DNA of 64,000 bases, taken from an uncultured delta proteobacterium (GTDB lineage: Bacteria; Desulfobacterota; Syntrophobacteria; BM002). Within the stretch, counting starts at the first letter, position 1; every line of letters begins with the position of its first letter. The DNA is taken from positions 294,438 through 358,437 of the forward strand of contig CAVQGX010000031.1 of the NCBI GenBank assembly GCA_963712115.1, read 5' to 3'. A program made the translations under genes and the position numbers. Of the stretch, positions 1-8,657 are shown one piece after another. The notes below the pieces were generated by a model. The model saw only the letters and a list, made by a program, of their open reading frames with translations. It did not search any database and was not told the DNA's origin.

Positions 1-1
1 G

Positions 2-214
2 AAGCGAGCTGATCTCGAAGGGTTGAATACAGAGTGTTTTGTGCGAGAAGGAGAGGCATACAAGGCAATAATTGACCTGGCGAAAGAAAAGAAAACTGAG
101 ATGATTGTCATTGGCTCCCATGGAAAGACGGGTTTAAAAAGGCTTCTTATGGGAAGTGTTGTGGAAAAAGTCATCGGTCATTCCCACTGTCCTGTACTCG
201 TGGTCAAAGGGTGA
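2..214 (+). CDS. Universal stress protein (UspA family), C-terminal part; 5' end lies outside the window
   Basis: USP motif IVIGSHGKTGLKRLLMGSVVEKVIGHSHCPVLVV. Confidence 0.9.
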   Translation, partial: KRADLEGLNTECFVREGEAYKAIIDLAKEKKTEMIVIGSHGKTGLKRLLMGSVVEKVIGHSHCPVLVVKG

Positions 215-322
215 ATGCAGTAGTTCTAACTTAAGACCAGCGATGAGGACGGCTGGAAAAATCCCGGGCAGATCAAACATAGATGTGATAATCGAGGAGC
301 TGGCCGGGAGATCTTGCCTAAC

Positions 323-925
323 ATGGCCAGAGAAACAGGAGCCGCGGCTGTGATCAAGAGTTTGATAGACCGGCTTTTCAAGAAAAAACCCGGACACAAG
401 CGAGTAAATATCAGCGGCAGAAAGCGGCTGGGTTTAGCCAGACGCTTGGAAAGATATGGTGAGGCTGCAGCCCTGGCACAGGCAGGGTTGCAGGATGTAG
501 CCCAAGAGATAATCCGTCGCGAGATTCAGGAACGTCCAAGAATCCTGGTGGTGGGAAGTGAGGACGGGTTTTCCCGGCCCCTGGTTGATTACGCCATAGG
601 GCTAGCCAAGCGCATGAAATATGAGATTGTCGCCCTGAACTGGGCGGACATCGCTACTGAGGCTCCCGAAAAGCTCAATCCCTATCGGGAGGAATTACTC
701 GAGGAGTTCAAGGCAAGAGCGGCTAAGGCAGTCGAGCTACTAGCCTCGCGCGCCGCTGAAGAAGGTGTACCCCTTCGGCATGTGGTCAAGTCAGGTGGGC
801 TGAGCACTAGCGTTCGTGAGCTGGAAAAGGAGGTTAGCCGCTTAAGCTTTGTCCTAACTGAATCGGAGCCAACCCGAGAGTTGGGATTGGAGACATCGAT
901 TCCGGTCTTCTGTATCAACAAGTAA
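323..925 (+). CDS. USP-like (adenine nucleotide alpha-hydrolase fold) hypothetical protein
   Basis: ILVVGSEDGFSRPLVDYAIGLAKR...RAAEEGVPLRHVVKSG resembles a degenerate USP domain; ATG at 323 chosen over TTG at 314. Confidence 0.6.
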   Translation: MARETGAAAVIKSLIDRLFKKKPGHKRVNISGRKRLGLARRLERYGEAAALAQAGLQDVAQEIIRREIQERPRILVVGSEDGFSRPLVDYAIGLAKRMKYEIVALNWADIATEAPEKLNPYREELLEEFKARAAKAVELLASRAAEEGVPLRHVVKSGGLSTSVRELEKEVSRLSFVLTESEPTRELGLETSIPVFCINK

Positions 926-994
926 AGAATCCAGGCCCGGCTTAGAAGGCCTTTCGTTCGCTGTTATTTGTGCCAGCTCACTTCGTTCGCCACC

Positions 995-1108
995 AGGCTC
1001 AAGGCTGAAGGCACAGGGCACAAGGCAAGAAAAATCAAATAAAACCTATCTTCTCCTTATGCCTTGCGCCTTATCTAAATCCGCAATCCGCAATCCGAAA
1101 TTCGCAAT
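995..1108. repeat. Heptamer tandem elements: AGGCNNA arm, inverted CCTTRYG arm, then AATCCGC run
   Basis: aggctca aggctga aggcaca gggcaca aggcaag ... ccttatg ccttgcg cctta; aatccgc aatccgc aatccga aattcgc. Confidence 0.8.
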
Positions 1109-1254
1109 GCTCTTCATCCAGCCAAATCCATTTCTCCAACAACAAGACCATACAGAGTCATTTTGACAAAACTTCTGCATGTAAGTGCGGTTCCTAAATG
1201 TGCTATACTGCGGCTACCAAATAATTCCTGGGTTACTTGCTGCAGGGGATAAAC

Positions 1255-3252
1255 ATGGCATTTTTTCGCAAGTCAGAAGAAAAGCAACAGTTTGAGGACC
1301 TTGAGCTGCTGCGCCAGGAAATCCTCAAGGCGAAGATGGCTCCTTCGGTAGAGGGTTACGCTGTCAAAGAACTGGATAAGCTCGAAAAGACTCCGGCGGA
1401 AGCAGCCGAATACGCCATCGGCATCAACCATCTGGAATACCTGGTGTCACTCCCATGGAATGTCCATACTGAGGACAACCTCGATCTCCATCATGTTGAA
1501 AACGTTCTCAACAGAGAACACGCAGGTCTCCCCCTGGTGAAAGAGCGAATCCTTGAGTACCTTGCGGTTCGCACTCTGAAAATCCAAAGGGATTTTCGCC
1601 TCCTGGTGGTGGACGACGAAGAAATCACTCGAGCCAATCTGCAACACATCCTGGAGAAGGAAGGCTACCAGGTGGCCGCTGCTACAAATGGTGCTGAAGC
1701 CTTGGAGAAAATGGAGAAGGCTTCCTTCGATCTCGTTCTCACCGACCTGCTGATGCTAAAGGTCGGAGGGATGGAGGTTCTCCAGCAGGTGAAGGATCGA
1801 TATCCCCAAACCGACGTGGTTATCATTACCGGATTCGCCACGGTGCCATCCGCAGTGGAAGCGCTACAAAAAGGTGCCTACCACTACCTGGCCAAGCCGC
1901 TCAAGATCGATGAGGTAAGGAGCACGGTGAGCCAAGCGCTGGCCAAAAAACAAAAGGCGCACAGACCTAAAGGTCCAGTGCTCTGCTTTGTGGGGCCGCC
2001 GGGCACAGGCAAGACCTCCTTAGGAAAATCTATTGCCTCAGCCATGGGGAGAAAATTTATTCGCTTGGCTTTGGGTGGGATGAAAGATGAAGCTGAAATC
2101 AGGGGACATCGTCGCAGTTACGCCGGAGCCATGCCCGGACGGATCATAGATGCCGTCCGTCGGGTCGGGTCCAAGAACCCGGTTTTTATGCTGGATGAGA
2201 TCGACAAGGTGGGCCAGGACTTCCGGGGCGACCCGGCCTCCGCCCTTCTCGAAGTATTGGACCCCGAGCAGAACGAGCACTTCCTGGATTATTACCTGGA
2301 TGTGCCCTTTGACCTTTCCGGCGTGATGTTTATCGCCACCGCCAATCTGGTGGACCCTATCCCCAGGCCTCTGCTCGACCGGATGGAGCTCTTGGCTCTG
2401 CCCGGATATACCGATGAGGAAAAGAAACGCATTGCTCTCGAGTTCCTCGTCCCCCGGCAAATCGAAACCTCGGGCCTTTCCACCTCTCCCCCCGAGTTTA
2501 CCCCGGAGGCGGTGCTGAAAATTATCAGAGAGCACACCAGGGAGGCCGGGTTGAGGAATCTCGAGCGGGAGATCGGCTCGATTTGCCGCAAGATCGCTCG
2601 AAAAGTTTTGCAACAAGGAGGAAAACAGAAATCGCTGATCGTCACTCCCGAGTTGGTGGAGGAATATCTCGGGCCAAGGAAGTTCTACTACGAGGTTGCC
2701 GAGGCCAAAGATCGGATCGGAGTGACCACTGGCTTGGTCTGGACTGAAACAGGTGGGGATATCGTCTTTGTTGAGGCCACCAAGATGAAAGGAAATAATA
2801 AGTTGATCCTCACCGGCTCCCTGGGAGAGGTCATGCAGGAATCGGCCCAGGCTGCCTTAAGTTACATCCGGAGCAACGCCGACCACTTCAAAATTGACCA
2901 GGATTTTTTCTCCGAGCATGACATCCACATACATGTACCTGCCGGCGCCATTACCAAGGATGGGCCCTCGGCAGGGCTCACCATAGCCATGGCCCTGATC
3001 TCGCTTTTGGCAGGCAGGCCTGCAAAGAGGCAGGTGGCCATGACCGGCGAACTGACCCTGACTGGCAGGATTCTCCCGGTTGCCGGGACCAGGGAAAAAC
3101 TGCTGGCAGCTCGCCGGGCAGGAGTAAAGACTGTTGTCTTTCCTGAGAAAAACAGAGTTGATCTCGATGACCTTGGCGCTGATATTCGTGCGGATATTGA
3201 GGTGATTCTCACCGGTAGTGTCGAGGAGGTGGTAGATCTCGTATTGCGATAG
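1255..3252 (+). CDS. lon: Lon (endopeptidase La) variant lacking the N-terminal substrate domain, with a REC domain inserted just before the Walker A strand
   Basis: LPW...ERILEYLAV, Walker A GPPGTGKT, Walker B FMLDEIDK, catalytic DGPSAG and REKLLAA; REC (LLVVDDE...FDLVLTD...AKP) at ~1591-1950; candidate extended -10 TGCTATACT at 1201. Confidence 0.92.
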   Translation: MAFFRKSEEKQQFEDLELLRQEILKAKMAPSVEGYAVKELDKLEKTPAEAAEYAIGINHLEYLVSLPWNVHTEDNLDLHHVENVLNREHAGLPLVKERILEYLAVRTLKIQRDFRLLVVDDEEITRANLQHILEKEGYQVAAATNGAEALEKMEKASFDLVLTDLLMLKVGGMEVLQQVKDRYPQTDVVIITGFATVPSAVEALQKGAYHYLAKPLKIDEVRSTVSQALAKKQKAHRPKGPVLCFVGPPGTGKTSLGKSIASAMGRKFIRLALGGMKDEAEIRGHRRSYAGAMPGRIIDAVRRVGSKNPVFMLDEIDKVGQDFRGDPASALLEVLDPEQNEHFLDYYLDVPFDLSGVMFIATANLVDPIPRPLLDRMELLALPGYTDEEKKRIALEFLVPRQIETSGLSTSPPEFTPEAVLKIIREHTREAGLRNLEREIGSICRKIARKVLQQGGKQKSLIVTPELVEEYLGPRKFYYEVAEAKDRIGVTTGLVWTETGGDIVFVEATKMKGNNKLILTGSLGEVMQESAQAALSYIRSNADHFKIDQDFFSEHDIHIHVPAGAITKDGPSAGLTIAMALISLLAGRPAKRQVAMTGELTLTGRILPVAGTREKLLAARRAGVKTVVFPEKNRVDLDDLGADIRADIEVILTGSVEEVVDLVLR

Positions 3253-3279
3253 GGACCTTGGCTTTGGGCTTCATTCACC

Positions 3280-4656
3280 CTACGGAGACGCCTCCTCGGA
3301 GTTTTCTTCCAATCCCCAGCGCTTTAGCTTACGCCACAGAGAAACCCTATCGATCCCCAGTACTTCGGCAGCCCTCGTCTTATTCCCGTCCACCTGTTTC
3401 AAAACCCAGCTGACATATTCCACCTCATTCTCCTCCAAGGTGGGGAAACGCAGGCTGGCTTGCCGGTAGACCTTGAGGGAATACTGCCCTAGTTCCTGGG
3501 GGAGGTGCTTCGCCAGAATTTCCTCTTCGTTACAAAGGACAACAGCCCGCTCAACTATGTTTTCCAGCTCACGAATGTTCCCCGGGTATTCGTAGTTCAT
3601 CAGGACTTCCATGGCTTCATCCGAGAAACCCTTGATGGATTTTCCCTGCGCCTCGGCATAACGTGCCAGAAAGTGATGCGCCAGCAGCGGGACGTCGTCC
3701 CTTCGCTCCGCCAGCGGAGGAAGGTGGAGACTGACCACATTGAGACGGTAGAAAAGATCCTTGCGGAATCCGCCTGTTTCCACCTCTTTATTCAAATCCT
3801 TGTTGGTGGCGGCAACAAGGCGGATGTCAACTTTGATAGGTTGGGTTCCCCCCACGCGAAGTAAGGACTTCTCCTCTATAACCCGCAGAAGTTTTACCTG
3901 CATGGAGGCAGGCATATCGCCAATCTCATCAAGAAAAACAGTACCCCTGTTTGCCGCCTCCAGAAGACCTATTTTGGTGGTGGTAGCCCCGGTAAAGGCA
4001 TCTTTCTCGTGACCGAAAAGTTCATTGCTGAGGAGCTCCTCAGTGAAAGCCCCGCAGTTGAAAGCGACAAAACGCTCGTCGGCGCGGCTACTCTGGCGAT
4101 GAATCGCCCGGGCGAACAGCTCTTTGCCCGTACCTGTCTCGCCAAAAATGAGGACATTACAGTCGGTGGGCGCAATCTGGCCTACCAGCGCGACAAGCTC
4201 TTGCATCTTCCTGCTCTTGCCTATGATAAAGGGGATTCCCCCTCCTCTGTGGTAATCCCGCTTGAGTACCCGAAGCTCGTCTTTGAGAGCCTTTTTTTCC
4301 AGGGCTCTCTTGGTGATCATCCGCACTTCATCTATCTTGTAAGGTTTGGGTATGTAGTGATAGGCTCCCTTTTGCATTGCTTCAATGGCGGTGGCCACCG
4401 TGGCGTATGCGGTGAGCATAACCACCTCGGTATCGGGATACTGCTCTTTTGTCCTGGCCAGAACCTCCATGCCATCCACCTGCTTCATTTTCAGGTCGGT
4501 CATGACCAAGTCGAATTCAGTATTCGACAGCTTCTTGAGGGCACTAATTCCACTATCCGCCGTTGCAACATCATAACCATCTTTTCTCAGAATGTGTTCG
4601 AGGTTCTCCCTGGCGATGGCCTCGTCGTCTACGACAAGTATCCGGCTTTTGTTCAT
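3280..4656 (-). CDS. Sigma54-dependent response regulator (NtrC/AtoC family: REC-AAA-Fis HTH)
   Basis: ILVVDDE receiver, GETGTGKE, DAFTGA variant of the GAFTGA loop, FLDEIGDM, C-terminal AAEVLGIDRVSLWRKLK. Confidence 0.95.
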   Translation of the reverse strand: MNKSRILVVDDEAIARENLEHILRKDGYDVATADSGISALKKLSNTEFDLVMTDLKMKQVDGMEVLARTKEQYPDTEVVMLTAYATVATAIEAMQKGAYHYIPKPYKIDEVRMITKRALEKKALKDELRVLKRDYHRGGGIPFIIGKSRKMQELVALVGQIAPTDCNVLIFGETGTGKELFARAIHRQSSRADERFVAFNCGAFTEELLSNELFGHEKDAFTGATTTKIGLLEAANRGTVFLDEIGDMPASMQVKLLRVIEEKSLLRVGGTQPIKVDIRLVAATNKDLNKEVETGGFRKDLFYRLNVVSLHLPPLAERRDDVPLLAHHFLARYAEAQGKSIKGFSDEAMEVLMNYEYPGNIRELENIVERAVVLCNEEEILAKHLPQELGQYSLKVYRQASLRFPTLEENEVEYVSWVLKQVDGNKTRAAEVLGIDRVSLWRKLKRWGLEENSEEASP

Positions 4657-4662
4657 CTGACT

Positions 4663-6120
4663 TTAGTCTCCCAAGTGCTTTTGGTCTCTGAGCGGGAGCC
4701 GGATGGTGAAGACGCTGCCCTCGCCTACCCTGCTCACCACGCTAAGGGTGCCACTATGCTGTTCGACGATTCCGTGGGCCACCGATAAGCCGAGTCCAGT
4801 ACCATACCCAACCTCTTTGGTGCTAAAGAATGGGTCAAAGATGTGTGGCAAGTGATCTTCGGGGATACCGCAACCGGAATCCTTGACCAGGATTTCCACC
4901 TGTTTCGCTCTTTTATCCTCTACGGCGGTTATGGTGATGCGACCCACCTCGTTGGGCATGGCCTGAGAGGCGTTCACCAAGAGGTTGAGGAGGACTTCTT
5001 GCAGCTTTTGAGCATCTACATAGATATCCAACTCCTCGGGAATCTCGGTGAAGATTTCCACTCCTGCCGGCAACTGGCTGGAAATCAGTCTGGTGGTCCT
5101 GATTACCAGGTTTTCAAGGTTCACCCAATTCTCCTGGAATTCCCGCTCCCGGGAAAATTCCAGCAGACCCTTAACGATGTCGCGGGCTCTATCCACCTCT
5201 TGATCAATGTTGTTGAGGAGTTTTCTAATAAACTCTGAATTGCCGTCAGCGATTTCCTCCTGCAGAATCTGGCAAGAGGTGGAGATATTGTTCAAGGGGT
5301 TATTGAGCTGGTGGGCGATTCCGGATGTCAGAACTCCCAGGGAGGAAAGCTTCTGAGCCTGTACGAGTTGATCCTGCCGCTTCTGAAGTTCGCTGATCAT
5401 CTTGTTGAATGCCTCCACCACAGACTGGGTCTCATCCCTAGTCTGCACCACCGGCAGCGGTTTGAAATCTCCCTTGGCGATCCGCTGAGTGGTCCTCTCA
5501 ATAACCGTGAGCGGCCCGACAATTTTCCGACTGACCAGCACAATCAGAAACAAGCCGAGAAGCAGGAGGATAGAAGCGGAGAAGAGAATCTTGGTCTTCA
5601 GGGATTTGACAATTTGCTGAACCCGGGTGTGCTCGAAGTCGGATAATCGCAAAGACAAATCAACCAGATCCTTGCCGACTTGCCTGATCTCTGCCTCGAT
5701 CTCTTCTTTAGATCGTGGGCTTGGATTGTCCTTGCCTTTTTCGGCCACAAGCTCCCGCAGAAGCTGACCATAACGCTCCATCTCGTTCTCGAGTCTTTCC
5801 AGATAGGTAACGCCCTTCAAACCCCTGACGTCAGGGTGTATGCGCAGATAGACCTCCTTTCCTCTTTCAAGGTAGGCAAGGGCCTCTTCATGGTTATCTC
5901 TTTGGCCGTAGAGAAGGAAATTTTTTTCATAACGCCTGGCTTCCAAGAGGGTATCGTGGAGTTCATGGCCTTTAACCACAAATTCAATTTTGCGCTCAAT
6001 TGTTAAAAGGTTGCGGTAGGCAATGATTCCCACACCCACAAAGGCAATAATGGACATGAAAAAGCCCAAAATAACTTTCTGTCGAATGGAGAGATGTATC
6101 TTGGAGATGAATTTCACCAT
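4663..6120 (-). CDS. Membrane sensor histidine kinase (2 TM, periplasmic helical sensor, HAMP, HisKA, HATPase)
   Basis: H-box GIAHQLNNPL, N-box NLLVNA, DSGCGI, DPFFSTK, GTGLGL. Confidence 0.95.
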   Translation of the reverse strand: MVKFISKIHLSIRQKVILGFFMSIIAFVGVGIIAYRNLLTIERKIEFVVKGHELHDTLLEARRYEKNFLLYGQRDNHEEALAYLERGKEVYLRIHPDVRGLKGVTYLERLENEMERYGQLLRELVAEKGKDNPSPRSKEEIEAEIRQVGKDLVDLSLRLSDFEHTRVQQIVKSLKTKILFSASILLLLGLFLIVLVSRKIVGPLTVIERTTQRIAKGDFKPLPVVQTRDETQSVVEAFNKMISELQKRQDQLVQAQKLSSLGVLTSGIAHQLNNPLNNISTSCQILQEEIADGNSEFIRKLLNNIDQEVDRARDIVKGLLEFSREREFQENWVNLENLVIRTTRLISSQLPAGVEIFTEIPEELDIYVDAQKLQEVLLNLLVNASQAMPNEVGRITITAVEDKRAKQVEILVKDSGCGIPEDHLPHIFDPFFSTKEVGYGTGLGLSVAHGIVEQHSGTLSVVSRVGEGSVFTIRLPLRDQKHLGD

Positions 6121-6297
6121 AGCACCCCTGCGCTGGTTTCTTCTGAACGATTTGTTTTCATAATGATAGTTTACAAGGGCCTAAATAGCAAACGTCTAGA
6201 TTGACCCCTTTCGGGTCAAAAGATGAGGTAGATCTTTAGGAAGAGAAAAGATTCAATCTCTTTATTAGAACAATTCGTTTTTGCAGTGCTCAGTGCC

Positions 6298-6535
6298 TTT
6301 GGCCACTAGAGGTGGCCGTCATAACGCTGCGCTGTCATTATGCCTTCGGCGTCATTTATGTCATTAGGTCAAGTATCGCTTCGCTGTCTCCATGCTCGTC
6401 CCCATGCGGGTAACCTAATGACGGCCGCGAGGCCAAATGACGGGCTTCAGCCCAAATGACGCCGAAGGCAAATGACCATTAATGACGGGCGCCAGCCCTA
6501 TTGACGGCGCAGCCGAATGACGCGGAGCAAATGAC
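6298..6535. repeat. Modular GTCA/TGAC mini-hairpin array, copy 1
   Basis: Left arm of gtcat units, right arm of aatgac units separated by GGCCGCGAGGCC, GGGCTTCAGCCC, GCCGAAGGC, GGGCGCCAGCCC, GGCGCAGCC, GCGGAGC. Confidence 0.9.
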
Positions 6536-6553
6536 CTGTTAGTGCCTAGTGTA

Positions 6554-6943
6554 TTACTCTTCGTGCCCCAGGAGCTTCATGCGGAAACTGGCTGCCTCCT
6601 GTCTTTTAAGATCCAGTTCTTGCCACTCTTCCCGCAATGTCGCCATTAGCTGCCTCTGTTCCAGCCATAGCGCTTGGTCATTGCTGACTCTGTCGCTTTC
6701 TTGCCCTTCTCTGGGGGCCTGGAAGCCATTTTTGCCTTCAATTTCCTTTAGTCGTTTCTTTACCGCGGCCACCTCTGCCTTCACTTCTCTCATCCGCGCC
6801 AGTATTGCTTCCTCATCGCGGGTTAAAGGCACGTAGTTCCCCTCGCATTCATCTTTTTTGTCGAAATATTGGTGACAAGCTGTGCAAGATTCGCCATTCT
6901 CAGTCACAGAAATGGTGCCATTTTTCTTGACGTCACTACTCAT
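6554..6943 (-). CDS. Hypothetical coiled-coil protein with an N-terminal CxxCH motif
   Basis: 129-aa ORF with RBS GGAGGG; CTACH; helical C-terminus ending LLGHEE. Confidence 0.7.
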   Translation of the reverse strand: MSSDVKKNGTISVTENGESCTACHQYFDKKDECEGNYVPLTRDEEAILARMREVKAEVAAVKKRLKEIEGKNGFQAPREGQESDRVSNDQALWLEQRQLMATLREEWQELDLKRQEAASFRMKLLGHEE

Positions 6944-6977
6944 TAAAATCCCTCCCTATCTAGAGCGCCCATGGCGT

Positions 6978-7134
6978 AAATACCAATATCGAATATCGAA
7001 ATACGAAACAAATCCGAAATTCTAATTTCCAAATGCTCAAAACAACTTCCGGAAAAATTGACGATCAGGTTTTGGTCATTTGAGTTTTGAAAATTCGAAT
7101 TTGTTTAGGATTTAGTGCTTGGGATTTCGGATTT
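6978..7134. repeat. AT-rich inverted-arm element (AAATCCGAAAT...ATTTCGGATTT family), copy 1
   Basis: Arms are imperfect reverse complements; homologous to 21379-21538. Confidence 0.85.
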
Positions 7135-7227
7135 CAGGCTTTCGCTAATTACACTTCCCATATCATCAGCACTTGATCAATCCCTATTGGTAATATAGTA
7201 ACACCATAGATATTTTGCAAACACCCC

Positions 7228-7258
7228 AAAAAAAAGACCCGGCCCATTGGGCCGGGTC
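7228..7258 (-). terminator. Rho-independent terminator after qmoC
   Basis: GACCCGGCCC-loop-GGGCCGGGTC followed by a T8 tract on the minus strand. Confidence 0.85.
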
Positions 7259-7283
7259 GTGCATTACGGGATGACTGTTGGAA

Positions 7284-8645
7284 TTACTCTTTCTTCTCCT
7301 CTTCCTCTTCAGCCGGTTTCTCTTCTTCAGCTTCCGCCGGAGCTTCAGCTGCATTTTCCGCCTCTTCTGCGACCTCTTCGGCGGCGGCTTCTTCAGCTAC
7401 CGGTTCTTCCACAGCCGGAGCAACCACAGCGGCTGGAGCTGCCACCGGGGCAGCCGCAACTACCTCCACTCCAAAGGGACGATTGATGTAAGCCGCATAG
7501 CCCATGGCCACCGTCCGGTAGACCAAGTGGGCCAGCTTGCTATAGGGCAGATAACCGATAATGTAAAAAACGCACACCAGGTGGATGAAGTAGATGAAGT
7601 AAGCGAACCAGCCAGCGTCTGCCACCCGAGAAAGCCAAGTCAAAAAGCCGGTGACCACAATGCCCAGGATGGCAAGAATTAGAGACCAATCCAGGTAGGT
7701 TGTAGTGCTCTCAGCACCCTTGTCTTTGTAGCGGTTTGAGATCACCAGAGCGATGCCTATGAGCAGGGCCGACCCCGAAGCCAAGGCGAGCAACTTCACC
7801 GGGTTGATAAGACTGTAGGGAGGTGCCAAAAAGTCAACCCGGACAATGTAGAGGGCGAGAAAGCCTATGTTGGTCACAATGAACAAACCAATGAAGCCCA
7901 GGAAAACCAGAAGGTGTGATTGATAGCGATCCCGGTTGGTAATGCACAGCTTGAACTTGTCGTGAAAGAGAATGGTGGGAATCGCCGAGATCAGGCTCTT
8001 TACATAGTCTGCCATAACCAAAGGCTTGTCTTCCGCATAACCCTCCCTGATGGAATTGGTGTGGATGCCCTGGAGGAAGTTCCACACTCCGAAACCCAGA
8101 GAGACTGCGGCCAAGGCCGTGAAGGTAATGAAGATTACATCCACCAAGTAGAGGGGGAAGAACTCCCGCAATTCTACCGGCCCTTCAGGAATGTGAAGAT
8201 GCCCGGTCATCAGGAGTCCCAACAAGAGGACCACCACCGGAATGGCCAGCATGATTGGCCAATACTTCGCCTCACCCACGACTTTCCCCATGAAGTTGGG
8301 AAAGGCAAAATGCCTGAAGCTCATGGCTCGAATTGCCCGCAGAGTGTCTCCGGGACGGGCACCTCTGGGGCAGTGGGCGGAACAGTCATTGCAGTAGTGG
8401 CAAAGCCAGACATCAACACTGTTAACCAGTCTGTCCTTGAGGCCCCACTGTGAATAGATCATCTCTTTCCGTGGATAAGGTTTTTGCTCAGGAGCAAGCT
8501 CGCAAACCACCGAGCAGGTGGCACACTGAAAGCACTTTTTTAGTGTGTCTCCCCCTGCCGCTTTGAGTTCCCGAACGAAATCCAGATCGGGCTCCACCAG
8601 GGTCGCAGCTTTGCTCTCTACTTGCACTGCGGATTCCTCTGCCAT
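7284..8645 (-). CDS. qmoC: Quinone-interacting membrane oxidoreductase subunit C (HdrC/HdrE-like)
   Basis: CFQCATCSVVC and CHYCNDCSAHCP Fe-S motifs, multiple TM helices, LPYSKLAH; follows qmoB. Confidence 0.95.
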   Translation of the reverse strand: MAEESAVQVESKAATLVEPDLDFVRELKAAGGDTLKKCFQCATCSVVCELAPEQKPYPRKEMIYSQWGLKDRLVNSVDVWLCHYCNDCSAHCPRGARPGDTLRAIRAMSFRHFAFPNFMGKVVGEAKYWPIMLAIPVVVLLLGLLMTGHLHIPEGPVELREFFPLYLVDVIFITFTALAAVSLGFGVWNFLQGIHTNSIREGYAEDKPLVMADYVKSLISAIPTILFHDKFKLCITNRDRYQSHLLVFLGFIGLFIVTNIGFLALYIVRVDFLAPPYSLINPVKLLALASGSALLIGIALVISNRYKDKGAESTTTYLDWSLILAILGIVVTGFLTWLSRVADAGWFAYFIYFIHLVCVFYIIGYLPYSKLAHLVYRTVAMGYAAYINRPFGVEVVAAAPVAAPAAVVAPAVEEPVAEEAAAEEVAEEAENAAEAPAEAEEEKPAEEEEEKKE

Positions 8646-8657
8646 GTTATCTACCTC

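Noticed and set aside
6298-6535. TGAC arrays as CRISPR arrays
   Set aside because: Repeat unit is only ~7 bp, the intervening sequences are recurring 7-17-bp palindromes, arms are inverted, and no cas genes are present.
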